Position numbers and translations under genes: made by a program. A stretch of DNA of 64,000 nt from assembly GCA_000990585.1 (NCBI GenBank), contig LBQD01000002.1, positions 56,016-120,015 on the forward strand, written 5' to 3'. This DNA is from Candidatus Moranbacteria bacterium GW2011_GWE2_35_2- (GTDB lineage Bacteria; Patescibacteriota; Minisyncoccia; Moranbacterales; UBA9337). Shown in pieces: positions 1-9,866 of this stretch (position 1 is the first letter of the stretch; each line of letters begins with the position of its first letter). The notes beneath the pieces were generated by a model, which was not told the DNA's origin, did no database searches, and saw only the letters and a program-made list of their open reading frames with translations.

Positions 1-1196
1 CCCAATCCCCATCCAATCGCTCTTCCTGGCACTTTCCTAAATTTATTTCCTACACCTTTTGCAAATGAGGTGATTTTTCCTGCTCCATATATTCCCATAC
101 TTCCCGCCATTAAGATACTTATCCACATAATTATCATTGGAATAATCAATGAGGCTGCTGTTGCCATGAAATCAGAACTCCCTGGAACTTCATAATTCTC
201 AGAAAATCTTTTCAAACTATCTCCACCTATTATATTTTCCCCGCCTATTCCCGATTCCATTAACCTTAGTGCCAGTAAATACATAAACATCATTACCGGA
301 CCAACAAGCGCGTAATTAAATAGATAATCCCACCATTTCCCTAATTTAGAGAAGCTGGGGAAAATCGGACCTACAAATCCCAGAGGTGCAAAAATAACAA
401 TCATCGCCAATGCAATAATTCTTACAAGAAAAATTCCTGCCAATGCAATCATTGTCACTGCCATCAGAAATGAAAAAACAATCAACATAAGTAATTTTAC
501 TGTAAGATTGGCATCACCACTAACACTCTCTTTTCCATCAGGAATAACCAAATTAACCAAATTAGATTTATTTAAAAAATGTGAAGAAATACTACTACTA
601 GTGTAATCATATCCCGGAAAAGCTTGTTCAACAAAAAAATACATCGTTACATTTGTCGTATCGATAATAAACCGTGCCACTGGAAAACTGAAATTTACCA
701 AAAGCGCCATCAAAACCACCATTAAAAGAATATTTTTTTTCATCAAGTGGTATTTATCTATTTGAAAAATTGTAGCAAAAGCACTAAAAAGTAATACTAA
801 GATAAAACTCAAATTTAAAAAATCACGTACAATTGTCCATCCAGCATAAACAGAATCGCTTCCTACAATACCATTTATATTAACCGGATTAATTGACCAA
901 TCAAATAACATTCCTGCAATCCAAATAAAAAAACTAACAAGAAGCCAAATTCCATATAACAAATAATTAAAAACTAATAATAATCCGTTTTTTGCTATAT
1001 CCCCGGTAGTTTCTAATACAAGATCAGCAGGACTCTTGAAATTATTAAGAAAATCAAGAGGAGCAGCACTAGTGTTATTAAAAATATTCCCATTAATATT
1101 ACAAGATAAACTAAATATAAAAAAACTAAAAATAAAAACTAAAAATATTTTTGCGATATTTTTCTTTCTTTTATTATTTATTATTTTTTGTTTCAT
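1..1196 (-). CDS. Polytopic membrane protein, VirB6/TrbL-like CPR family (runs off left edge)
   Basis: Not in the ORF track. Manual translation from ATG at 1196: MKQKII...YAGWTIVRDFLNLSFILVLLFSAFATIFQ...LMALLVNFSFPVARFIID; multiple TM segments and the GW-x-x-VRD-x-x-N / LLVNFS pattern of CPR VirB6-like proteins. Confidence 0.7.
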   Translation of the reverse strand, partial: MKQKIINNKRKKNIAKIFLVFIFSFFIFSLSCNINGNIFNNTSAAPLDFLNNFKSPADLVLETTGDIAKNGLLLVFNYLLYGIWLLVSFFIWIAGMLFDWSINPVNINGIVGSDSVYAGWTIVRDFLNLSFILVLLFSAFATIFQIDKYHLMKKNILLMVVLMALLVNFSFPVARFIIDTTNVTMYFFVEQAFPGYDYTSSSISSHFLNKSNLVNLVIPDGKESVSGDANLTVKLLMLIVFSFLMAVTMIALAGIFLVRIIALAMIVIFAPLGFVGPIFPSFSKLGKWWDYLFNYALVGPVMMFMYLLALRLMESGIGGENIIGGDSLKRFSENYEVPGSSDFMATAASLIIPMIIMWISILMAGSMGIYGAGKITSFAKGVGNKFRKVPGRAIGWGL

Positions 1197-1402
1197 CTTT
1201 ATATTATATCAAAACAAGAATATATTTTCTCTTTTTAAAATTATAACAGATTTTTAAAATTAAACAAAATTAAAATTTATAAATTTAATTATGTATTCTT
1301 ATGATAACTTTTTTAATAAAACAAACCCGGCTCAATAAGAGTATTTAATAGAAGAATTAATATATTTAATTTATTAGTATATATTATTAAGAGATGGTTT
1401 TG

Positions 1403-1633
1403 TGTTAATAAGTATATAAATATAAAGAGTAAAAAGAAAAAAAGCTGGAATAAGTTGTGGATAAAAGGTAAATAAAGTGAATAATAAACCGTGAGGATAA
1501 AAGTGTATAAATAAGGATAAAAGGAATATTATTATTTTTTTTTTAAAAAACAAATAAAATATTAACAAAAATAAAAATGGATATCCACAAGGATATTAAC
1601 AGTTAAACAAAGCATTTTAACAACTTATACACA
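1403..1633. promoter_or_regulatory. DnaA-box cluster, candidate oriC
   Basis: Perfect boxes TGTGGATAA (1456-1464) and TTATACACA (1625-1633); one-mismatch boxes at 1403, 1476, 1492, 1502 and 1581; very AT-rich 1200-1400 next to it. Confidence 0.65.
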
Positions 1634-1641
1634 GAAAAACA

Positions 1642-1668
1642 AAAAACCTAGTTTAGACTAGGTTTTTT
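1642..1668. terminator. Bidirectional intrinsic terminator
   Basis: AAAAAACCTAGT-TTAG-ACTAGGTTTTTT downstream of the LysM gene. Confidence 0.7.
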
Positions 1669-1680
1669 GTGGGCAGTTTT

Positions 1681-2853
1681 TTAATAAATATAACCCTTGA
1701 TAACTCGATTGGAAGTAGAAATAGTTCGTGAGCTTTTTTTCCCCCAGCCTTTATAATTCATTTCTGAAACAGTAATTGTATTTTTTCCTACACTTTCCAC
1801 GATAGCAACATGTCCCCACCAAGATTCAGAAGAAACCATAATAGCTCCTTTTTCCGGTTTTTTTCCGGTTTTATATCCCATAATTTTTGCTTGATATAAC
1901 CATGTTCCAGCATTTCCACCCCATGGGATAAAACGCCTTTGTGCAACATACCATGTGCAATAGCCATAGGGAAATATGTGTCCAGTTCCAGCTTTTCCTT
2001 CTAATTTTTTCCATCCGGAAGTGGTTGGTGTTCCACCGGAAGGGGTTGCATATTGACGACGCTCTACAACAATAGTATTTGTGTTTTGATTTTGTGCGGG
2101 AATTTCTTTTTGTCCCCCGGGAATAACAATTTCTTGTTTTTCTTTTAATTCTCCATTGGCGGGTAAATCATTAAAAGAAATTATTTTATTTTTATCCGCT
2201 TCATATTCCTTAGCGATAGAGTCAATAGTATCTCCATTTTTTACAATATGAGTTAATCCAGCAATAGGAAGGATAAATATTTGATCTCCTGGCATAATTG
2301 AATCAATATCTTCAATATCATTTGCCCATAGGATTGTGTTGATGGTAATTTTATTTTTTTGAGCTATTGAACTTAATGTGTCGCCATCTTTTACGGTATA
2401 AATTTTAACGCCGCCATTTTCTTCTGGATCTTTGAGTGTCGGACTAGATTCAGCCATAAGAACTTGATCTTGAGCAGAAGATAGTAATTTGGATTCTTCT
2501 TCTTTAGGGTTTGGATTTATTGAAGTACTTGCCATTGCCAGAGGAACTAAAACAAGGTCGTTTTTGCGCATTTCTTGACCACTAAAGAGGGTTTTTGGAG
2601 TGGTGTTGGAATTATTATTTCTCCAATATCCAAACAGAAATCCTCCCGATTTTCCTTCTGCTGCCAGATTGGTGGATATTACTAAAACGGCACTGGAAAT
2701 CACAATCACTAGAGCAGAATAGTTTCGTAGCATATGAAGAATTGAAACAGTTCGATGTCTTTTGATGAAGTTAGCAATATTTTGTTGTTTTTTATATAAT
2801 TTTTCTTGTATTTTCTTTGAATGCAATCCTTTCAGTTGACTAAAAATAAACAA
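1681..2853 (-). CDS. LysM-repeat + CHAP domain peptidoglycan hydrolase
   Basis: Two LysM repeats (YTVKDGDTLSSIAQK, HIVKNGDTIDSIAKEY); CHAP motifs GYCTWYV, WGHVAIVE, SEMNY; N-terminal TM segment. Confidence 0.9.
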   Translation of the reverse strand: MFIFSQLKGLHSKKIQEKLYKKQQNIANFIKRHRTVSILHMLRNYSALVIVISSAVLVISTNLAAEGKSGGFLFGYWRNNNSNTTPKTLFSGQEMRKNDLVLVPLAMASTSINPNPKEEESKLLSSAQDQVLMAESSPTLKDPEENGGVKIYTVKDGDTLSSIAQKNKITINTILWANDIEDIDSIMPGDQIFILPIAGLTHIVKNGDTIDSIAKEYEADKNKIISFNDLPANGELKEKQEIVIPGGQKEIPAQNQNTNTIVVERRQYATPSGGTPTTSGWKKLEGKAGTGHIFPYGYCTWYVAQRRFIPWGGNAGTWLYQAKIMGYKTGKKPEKGAIMVSSESWWGHVAIVESVGKNTITVSEMNYKGWGKKSSRTISTSNRVIKGYIY

Positions 2854-2977
2854 TAGTTGCTTACTAATAGGTTTAATTCCTTCTATATGGTTTTATTGTT
2901 AGATTGTTTGACAACAGAAAATAACTCACAGTCAAATGAATCATCCAATAAAACCCTAATAATTATTCTTGCATTCA

Positions 2978-3006
2978 AGTATAATCAGATAATGCGTAAA
3001 TGTCAA
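2978..3006 (-). promoter_or_regulatory. sigma70-type promoter of the LysM/CHAP gene
   Basis: TTGACA-17 nt-TATACT on the minus strand. Confidence 0.55.
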
Positions 3007-3121
3007 TAAAGAAAACGGAAGTTATTAACAGGTTAAAAAATAGCTTGTTAGGGCTATTTTTTAAAGGTTTTTTACTTTATAATTCAAATAAGATAAAATA
3101 AGTAAGAAGAATGTAAAAAAT

Positions 3122-4024
3122 ATGAAATTGGAAGATGTGCTTTTGGACTATTTGGAATATTTGGAAATTGAGCTTAATCGTTCCGAAAAAACAGTAGAAA
3201 ACTACCGGCATTATTTGGAACGTTTTTTTGCGTGGTCCAATATATGCCAGCCGAAACAAATTACTATGGAATTAGTAAGAAAATATAGGCTTTATCTTAA
3301 TCGTTTAGAGGATAAGAAGGGTAATACATTAAAAAGAATAACTCAAAATTATCATATTATTGCTTTGCGAAATTTTCTTAAATATTTGGCAAAAAAAGAT
3401 ATTTCTTCGCTTTCGGCGGAAAAATTGGAGGTGGGTAGGAATCCAGAGAGGGAAGTTGATTTTCTTTCGGGCGAAGAAATGAGTCGAATTCTCGGAGGTG
3501 CTTCTGGTGAGGATTTAAAAACACTCAGAGATCGCAGCATTTTAGAACTTTTGTTTTCGGCAGGACTTCGCGTAAGTGAGCTTGTAAGTGTTAATCGTGA
3601 TCAATTGAATCTTAAAACTCAAGAATTCAGTGTGCGCGGAAAAGGCTCGAAGGTGAGAATTGTATTTATTTCCGATACCGCTAAATTTTTTTTGCAAAAA
3701 TATTTAAATAAAAGAGTAGACATTGATCAAGCTTTGTTTATTCGAATTGTAAAAAATTGGCAAAATAAGGATGATCTGCGTTTAACTTCACGCAGTATTC
3801 AGCGAATAGTAAAATATTATGCACATAAAGCCGGGATTGTGAAAGATGTTCATCCACATACCCTGCGCCACAGTTTCGCGACTGATTTACTCAGCAACGG
3901 CGCGGATATTCGCTCCGTCCAAGCAATGCTCGGCCACTCCTCAATCACCACTACGCAGATTTATACACATGTTACTAACAAACAATTAAAAGATATCCAC
4001 AAGAAGTTTCATCGAAAGAAATAA
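3122..4024 (+). CDS. xerC: Xer-type tyrosine recombinase
   Basis: SAM-like N-domain; catalytic motifs AGLRVSEL, GKGSKVR, HPHTLRHSFAT, LGHSSITTTQIYTHV. Confidence 0.9.
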   Translation: MKLEDVLLDYLEYLEIELNRSEKTVENYRHYLERFFAWSNICQPKQITMELVRKYRLYLNRLEDKKGNTLKRITQNYHIIALRNFLKYLAKKDISSLSAEKLEVGRNPEREVDFLSGEEMSRILGGASGEDLKTLRDRSILELLFSAGLRVSELVSVNRDQLNLKTQEFSVRGKGSKVRIVFISDTAKFFLQKYLNKRVDIDQALFIRIVKNWQNKDDLRLTSRSIQRIVKYYAHKAGIVKDVHPHTLRHSFATDLLSNGADIRSVQAMLGHSSITTTQIYTHVTNKQLKDIHKKFHRKK

Positions 4025-4051
4025 TTTTTGCATAATATTTTTTTAATTTAT

Positions 4052-4074
4052 AAAAACAGGATATTCCTGTTTTT
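4052..4074. terminator. Intrinsic terminator
   Basis: AAAAACAGGA-TAT-TCCTGTTTTT. Confidence 0.55.
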
Positions 4075-4100
4075 AGTTATTTAAAAGTCATTGTGTTAAA

Positions 4101-6341
4101 ATGGTAATTATGAATGAATTATTAAAAGAACTTAATTCGGCGCAAAGGGAGGCTGTTCAGGCGACAGAAGGCCCAGTTTTGGTTATTGCTGGGGCTGGAT
4201 CCGGGAAAACACGAGTATTGACTCATCGGGTGGCTTATTTGATTTCAGAAAAAGGTGTGAAGGCGCAAAACATTTTGGCGGTGACTTTTACCAACAAAGC
4301 AGCACAGGAAATGAAAGAGCGAATATCGCAGTTAATAACCAGCAATAATTTGCCAAATGTCGGTACTTTTCACAGTATTTGCGTAAAAATTTTGCGCCGG
4401 GAGATTGACAAATTGGGATACAAAAAGTCCTTTAATATTTTTGATGATCAAGATCAAAAGGTTTTGATGAAAAAAATTGTCAAGGAATTGGAAATTAACA
4501 CTGAACAATTTATTCCCAATTCATTTTTGGGAATAATTAGTAAGGCAAAAAACGAACTTAGAGATGAATATGTTTTTGAGTCTCAAATTGGAGGTTATTA
4601 TGAGGAAATTGTGGCAAAAGTGTATAAGAAATATCAAAAAGAACTTCGGGAAAATAATGCACTGGATTTTGATGATTTGATTCGACTGACAATCGAAATT
4701 TTTCAAAAATTTCCTGATATATTGGAAAAATACCAAAGACTTTTTCAATATATTTTGGTTGATGAGTATCAGGACACCAATCATGCTCAATATACTTTCG
4801 TGAGACTGCTTGCGCAAAAACATTGTAATTTGTGTGTTGTTGGGGATGATTGGCAGTCAATTTACGGTTGGCGACAAGCGGATATTCGTAATATTTTGAA
4901 TTTCGAAAAAGATTATCCGGAAGCAAAAGTGATTAAATTGGAACAAAATTATCGTAGTACACAGATAATTTTAGATGCCGCTTACGGAGTGATTTCTCAA
5001 AATGTCAATCGTAAGGATAAAAAAGTATGGACTGAGAATAAAGGCGGACATTTAATAACATCATTTGAGGCAGAGGATGAACGCGAAGAGGCGGAATATG
5101 TGGCTAACGAAATTAAAAATTTTATTAGTAATCCGCCAGTCGGCGGACAATTTTCAATCCGCCAGTCGGCGGACAATTTCCAAAAAAATTCAAATAATAA
5201 AATTCGAAACTTCAAGCATCAAGAGGTATATAATTATTCTTCTTTTGCGGTTCTTTATCGCACTAACGCGCAATCACGCGCTATCGAAGAATCTTTCTTA
5301 AGAAATAACATCCCTTATCGAATTATTGGCGGCTTGAAATTTTATCAAAGAAAAGAAATCAAAGATATGATTGCCTATTTGCGCTTGATTCAAAATGGCG
5401 CTGACTATATTTCTCTGGAAAGAGTAATTAATGAGCCCAAAAGAGGTATTGGAAAGGCGACTCTGAGTAAGTGGATCGCATATGCTAAAAAGAATGGAAA
5501 GAATTTCATTTCTGTTGGATTAAATCTTAATAAAGATTGCGGATTAAATGACAGTAAAATCGAATCGATTACAAAATTTTGTGAGTTTATCGAAAGAATG
5601 CGCGAATATAAAGGAAAAATAAAAATAGCTGATTTTATCGAGAAAGTATTTATTGAAAGCGGATATGAAAAAAGCTTGTCAAATTTGGGTAGCGATGGGG
5701 AAATAAGAATTGAAAATATTCGCGAATTATTAAGTGTAGCGGGAAAATACGGACAAGAATTAACCGAACAAATGTTGGAATTATTCTTAGAAGAAGTTGC
5801 TCTAGCTTCGGATACTGACAAAATTGAGCAGAGAGAAAATTCGGTACATTTAATGACGTTGCACAGCGCTAAGGGATTGGAATTTCCAGTAGTTTTTATT
5901 GTTGGACTGGAAGAAGGAATCTTGCCACATTCTCGCAGTATGCTCGGTGGAGAAGAAATGGAAGAAGAGCGACGCTTGATGTATGTGGGAATTACCAGGG
6001 CAATGCAGAGAGTTTATCTGATTTTTACACATATTCGTATGATTTTTGGATCAAATCAAGCCAATCCACCCTCTCGATTTCTTAATGATATACCAGCATA
6101 TCTTGTGAATAATAATCAAGATATAATAATTGACAGTAAAAAAAATAATCTTGAAAGTCAGGAAAATGATGATATTAAAAAACAACAATCCGTGGGCTAT
6201 AAAGATGGACAAAGAGTAAAGCACAAAGAATTTGGCGAAGGAGTGATCATCTCTATTAGTGGAGATACTGCAACGGTTGTTTTTCCGAAGCGAGGAATTA
6301 AAAGACTCCCTCTTTTAAGTACACCTTTATCGAAAATGTGA
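4101..6341 (+). CDS. pcrA: ATP-dependent DNA helicase PcrA/UvrD
   Basis: AGAGSGKT, VDEYQDTN, LEQNYRST, TLHSAKGLEF, EERRLMYVGITRA; C-terminal Tudor-like domain; carries an in-frame repeat insertion at ~5130-5220. Confidence 0.95.
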   Translation: MVIMNELLKELNSAQREAVQATEGPVLVIAGAGSGKTRVLTHRVAYLISEKGVKAQNILAVTFTNKAAQEMKERISQLITSNNLPNVGTFHSICVKILRREIDKLGYKKSFNIFDDQDQKVLMKKIVKELEINTEQFIPNSFLGIISKAKNELRDEYVFESQIGGYYEEIVAKVYKKYQKELRENNALDFDDLIRLTIEIFQKFPDILEKYQRLFQYILVDEYQDTNHAQYTFVRLLAQKHCNLCVVGDDWQSIYGWRQADIRNILNFEKDYPEAKVIKLEQNYRSTQIILDAAYGVISQNVNRKDKKVWTENKGGHLITSFEAEDEREEAEYVANEIKNFISNPPVGGQFSIRQSADNFQKNSNNKIRNFKHQEVYNYSSFAVLYRTNAQSRAIEESFLRNNIPYRIIGGLKFYQRKEIKDMIAYLRLIQNGADYISLERVINEPKRGIGKATLSKWIAYAKKNGKNFISVGLNLNKDCGLNDSKIESITKFCEFIERMREYKGKIKIADFIEKVFIESGYEKSLSNLGSDGEIRIENIRELLSVAGKYGQELTEQMLELFLEEVALASDTDKIEQRENSVHLMTLHSAKGLEFPVVFIVGLEEGILPHSRSMLGGEEMEEERRLMYVGITRAMQRVYLIFTHIRMIFGSNQANPPSRFLNDIPAYLVNNNQDIIIDSKKNNLESQENDDIKKQQSVGYKDGQRVKHKEFGEGVIISISGDTATVVFPKRGIKRLPLLSTPLSKM
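5130..5179. repeat. Tandem pair of REP-like hairpins TCCGCC-AGTC-GGCGGA in a heptamer tract inside pcrA
   Basis: Hairpins at 5132-5147 and 5158-5173, 26-bp period. Confidence 0.85.
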
Positions 6342-6407
6342 ACAACTTAAAAAATCGCTATACGTAGAGGTTTTTGAAATGTGTATTGAAAACTTAGATC
6401 AAATAGG

Positions 6408-6845
6408 TCAAATAGTTTTGGACATCTCGATAATTCCTTGCATCTTGAATCCTTGTTTTTCCCAAAAATCTTTCGCCATAGATTGACGATGAGAGATGAG
6501 ATGAAAATTTTTTATGTCCTTATTTCGTGCAATTTTTTCAGTTTCACGAAAAAGTGCTGTTCCTACTCCATTTTTTCTTAAAGACGGGTCAACTACTATA
6601 TATTCGATGATTAAATGATTCCCGTCTTCCCATGGTTGGATTCGAGAAAAAATAAAACCAATATTTTTTTCATCTTCAGTTGCGATAAAGCAAAATCCTT
6701 TTCCGTTATTGAAAATTTCCACTAATTCTCCTTTTGCAGTTTCCTGATTCCATTTTTCATTATATGGAGCGTTTGTCATTACCTCCAAAAAAAGATTAAT
6801 GATACTATTTATGTCTTTATCGGTTTCAATTTTTTTGATTTGCAT
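6408..6845 (-). CDS. GNAT family N-acetyltransferase
   Basis: IVVDPSLRKNGVGTALF acetyl-CoA motif; FWEKQGF. Confidence 0.85.
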   Translation of the reverse strand: MQIKKIETDKDINSIINLFLEVMTNAPYNEKWNQETAKGELVEIFNNGKGFCFIATEDEKNIGFIFSRIQPWEDGNHLIIEYIVVDPSLRKNGVGTALFRETEKIARNKDIKNFHLISHRQSMAKDFWEKQGFKMQGIIEMSKTI

Positions 6846-7013
6846 AAGGTTTTTTAGTAAGCTTAGTAAATAATGATTATATTATAGCACAAATATAGAT
6901 AGCTTATGATATTATAAAATAAAAATAACAATATGTCAAGTATGCTTGGTATTTTTTACTCCCCCTCCCGAGCTATTTTTAATGCAAGTGTGATTATTAA
7001 AATAAACCATTAT

Positions 7014-7713
7014 TGTTCCACGTGGAACAATAATTACACAAAAACAATTTCTCGGAGTCATTTTTTATACTTGAATAGTTTAAATACAGATAAATGCTTA
7101 TTTTTATTAAATAAGAGGGTTAATTAATCTGAAAATATTTTAAAATTTTCTGCTATTTTTAGTATTATAGGTATTTCTGTTTAATTAATTGTTCCACGTG
7201 GAACAATATTGAAAATTACGCATTCGTATAGTAGCAGTATTTTTTTAAAAAACAATTGAGCCTCTTAGAATTTAATTGTTCCACGTGGAACAAGTTCAAT
7301 TCCGTTATAATTTTTCACGGAAAAATGAAAAATATTAATTTGTTAAGTAAAAAATAAAGCTGTTTATTTATATTTAATAAAAAAGCTTATTTTTTAATGT
7401 AAAAAACATTTAATATAGGAGTGGTAATAAATAAGAAGTTATTGTTCCACGTGGAACAATTTATAATAACAATATTTACAAAAAACAAACCTTATTGTAA
7501 ATATCTGTGTTGGTATGATAAAAATTAAATAATGTTAATTAGTTTAATATGCAATAATTCACTTTTTTCGGCCTAATGAATGTTTTTTAAATTTATAAAA
7601 TAAATTATTTTTTGTTTATAAATTTACAAAAGAGATTTTTTTGATAATAATTACGAGGCATATTTATAATTTAATATATTTTTTACTTCTATTGGATTGT
7701 TCCACGTGGAACA
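7014..7713. promoter_or_regulatory. Array of five parS centromere-like sites
   Basis: Perfect palindrome TGTTCCACGTGGAACA at 7014, 7190, 7277, 7443 and 7698; matches the Spo0J/ParB parS consensus family. Confidence 0.85.
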
Positions 7714-7753
7714 ATTTTTTAGAAAAATATTTTTTTAAAAATGAGATGAAAAA

Positions 7754-7825
7754 GGTTGATAACTTTTAGAAATATTTTAAATAAAGGGTTTTTGTTGATA
7801 AAAACTGTGGATAACTTGTGGAATA
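7754..7825. promoter_or_regulatory. Second small DnaA-box cluster
   Basis: TGTGGATAA at 7806-7814 plus degenerate boxes at 7754, 7793 and 7817. Confidence 0.5.
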
Positions 7826-7836
7826 AAATATTATAT

Positions 7837-7950
7837 TTGACAAAATGTATAATATATATTATAATATAAAGAAATAGATACCACAACGGATAAATCAAAA
7901 AAGTGTTTTTTGAATTTTTTGTTGACGGTTTGCTTTAATTTGTTTATGAT
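7837..7950 (+). promoter_or_regulatory. Tandem sigma70 promoters for the tRNA-cca operon
   Basis: TTGACA-17-TATAAT (7837-7865) and TTGACG-17-TATGAT (7922-7950). Confidence 0.65.
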
Positions 7951-7967
7951 TGATTTGCTGAAAATAA

Positions 7968-8040
7968 GGGCCATTAGCTCAATTGGTAGAGCGCTTCCAT
8001 GGCATGGAAGAGGTAGCCGGTTCGAATCCGGCATGGTCCA
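7968..8040 (+). tRNA. tRNA-Ala(GGC), CCA not encoded
   Basis: Cloverleaf; G3:U70; anticodon arm CTTCC-ATGGCAT-GGAAG; GGTTCGAATCC. Confidence 0.95.
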
Positions 8041-8159
8041 CTGCATTTAAAATAAGTTTAATTTTTTTTTATGCAGCGGCCACTCTTTGTGGTTTTTTGT
8101 TTATTTAAAACTATGATTGTGGTATTGTATAAAGAGGCGGTGCATAATTTTTTTGGTAA

Positions 8160-8231
8160 GCTCTCGTAGTTCAGTGGATAGAACAAGGGACTCCTAAGCC
8201 TTAGACGCAGGTTCAACTCCTGCCGAGAGCA
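8160..8231 (+). tRNA. tRNA-Arg(CCT), CCA not encoded
   Basis: Acceptor GCTCTCG/CGAGAGC; anticodon loop CTCCTAA; GGTTCAACTCC. Confidence 0.92.
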
Positions 8232-8243
8232 CTGTTTAATTTT

Positions 8244-9743
8244 ATGATTAAAAAAATTCCAAAACAAGTAGTTGAGGTGTTGGAAAAAATTAAAAATGCT
8301 GGATTTGAGGCATATGTTGTCGGTGGATGTGTGCGTGATTTGATTATGGATAGGCTACCTAAGGATTGGGATGTGGCGACTAACGCTAAGCCGGAAGAAA
8401 TTCTAGCTATTTTCGGAGAGGAAAACGCTTTTTATGAGAATGATTTCGGAACAGTGGGAGTAAAAATCAGGAATCAAGAATCAGGAATCAAGAATCAAGA
8501 AGAAAAGAAAGAAATTGTGGAGGTGACGACCTATCGAATTGAAAGTAAATATTCCGATCGGAGAAGACCGGACGAGGTGAAATTCGCCAAAACGCTGGAA
8601 GAAGATTTGAGTCGGCGGGATTTTACGGTAAATGCGATTGCCCTGCGAGTTACGGACTTCACAAAATTGCAAACGGGAGCGGATGGATATGAAATTATTG
8701 ATTTATTCGGAGGACGGAAAGATATTAAAGATAGGATTATTCGAGCGGTAGGTGATGCAAGTAAAAGATTTGATGAGGATGCTCTGCGGATGATGCGGGC
8801 GGTGCGCTTCCACGCGCAATTGGGGTTTGATATTGAGAAAAAAACTTTCAAAGCGATCAAAGAAAACGCTTTTTTAATGAAACATATTTCCGCGGAAAGA
8901 ATAAAAGATGAATTTTCTAAAATAATTTTGTCAAGTAATCCGGCGGAAGGAGTGGATATGCTTCACGAAATCGGGCTTTTGAATTTTGTGATTCCGGAAT
9001 TGGAAAATGGGGTGAATGTGGGACAAAACCGCCATCATATCCATACGATATACAAACATAATTTGCTGGCGCTCAAGTTTTGTCCGTCGGAAAAATTGGA
9101 AGTGCGTCTGGCGGCGCTACTTCACGACATCGCCAAACCTCAAACCAAAAGAGGCGAGGGGTATTATTCAACTTTCTATAATCACGACCATGTGGGCGCG
9201 CGCGTGGCAAAAAAGATTTTGCAGCGGCTCAAGTTTTCCAATGAAATCATCAACAAAGTTGTGCTGTTAGTGGATAACCACATGTTTTATTACAATCCTG
9301 AAGAAGTCGGGGAGGCTTCAGTGCGCCGTTTGATTCGCAAAGTAGGATTGGAAAATATGAAAGATTTAATGGATGTGCGGATCGCCGACCGACTGGGAAG
9401 CGGAACACCGAAAGCTAAACCATACAAATTGCGCCATTTGGAATATTTAATCGACAAGGTTTCCAAAGATGCGGTATCGGTAAAAATGCTGAAAATCGGC
9501 GGCAATGATCTGATCAATGAATTGAAACTTGCCCCCGGTCCGAAAATCGGAGCGATTCTGGATGTACTTTTGGCAGAGGTGATTGAAGACGCAAAAAAGA
9601 ATAATCACCAGTATTTGCTCAAAAAAGCGACGGAACTTGACAAGGAAGATCTGTCAAAATTGCGGGAGATGGCAAAAGAAAAAATAGAAGAGAAAAAAGA
9701 GGAGGATGATAAAGAGTTGAAGGGGAGGCATTGGGTGAAATGA
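8244..9743 (+). CDS. cca: CCA tRNA nucleotidyltransferase with HD domain
   Basis: VGGCVRD, DWDVAT, DLSRRDFTVNAIA, EDALRMMRAVRF, LLHDIAKP. Confidence 0.9.
   Translation: MIKKIPKQVVEVLEKIKNAGFEAYVVGGCVRDLIMDRLPKDWDVATNAKPEEILAIFGEENAFYENDFGTVGVKIRNQESGIKNQEEKKEIVEVTTYRIESKYSDRRRPDEVKFAKTLEEDLSRRDFTVNAIALRVTDFTKLQTGADGYEIIDLFGGRKDIKDRIIRAVGDASKRFDEDALRMMRAVRFHAQLGFDIEKKTFKAIKENAFLMKHISAERIKDEFSKIILSSNPAEGVDMLHEIGLLNFVIPELENGVNVGQNRHHIHTIYKHNLLALKFCPSEKLEVRLAALLHDIAKPQTKRGEGYYSTFYNHDHVGARVAKKILQRLKFSNEIINKVVLLVDNHMFYYNPEEVGEASVRRLIRKVGLENMKDLMDVRIADRLGSGTPKAKPYKLRHLEYLIDKVSKDAVSVKMLKIGGNDLINELKLAPGPKIGAILDVLLAEVIEDAKKNNHQYLLKKATELDKEDLSKLREMAKEKIEEKKEEDDKELKGRHWVK
8465..8499 (+). repeat. (AATCARG)x5 heptamer tract in-frame in cca
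   Basis: AATCAGG AATCAAG AATCAGG AATCAAG AATCAAG encoding KIRNQESGIKNQE. Confidence 0.9.
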
Positions 9744-9866
9744 TTGTAAGATATATAGCATGGAACACGAAATATGGAATTTAAAGAAAAAAATGCATTA
9801 AAATAAAACAATTTTTAAAAAACCGGCTAATCTCGATGGATTCGCCGGTTTTTTATAGGAGGTTGA

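Noticed and set aside
1036-1568. Short ORFs 1036-1257 and 1374-1568
   Set aside because: Low-complexity translations, antisense to the membrane gene or lying over DnaA boxes
2972-3006. dif-like site upstream of xerC
   Set aside because: Poor match to dif arms; better explained as the -10/-35 of the LysM gene promoter
3122-4024. Prophage or integron integrase
   Set aside because: Housekeeping Xer-like size and motifs, no IntI-specific insertion, and core-gene neighbours
7014-7713. Repeated palindrome as a CRISPR array
   Set aside because: The repeat is only 16-22 bp, spacing is irregular (176, 87, 166, 255), there are no cas genes, and it matches parS
7014-7713. parS spacings near multiples of ~85 bp
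   Set aside because: Only four intervals, and no degenerate sites seen at the intermediate positions; may be chance
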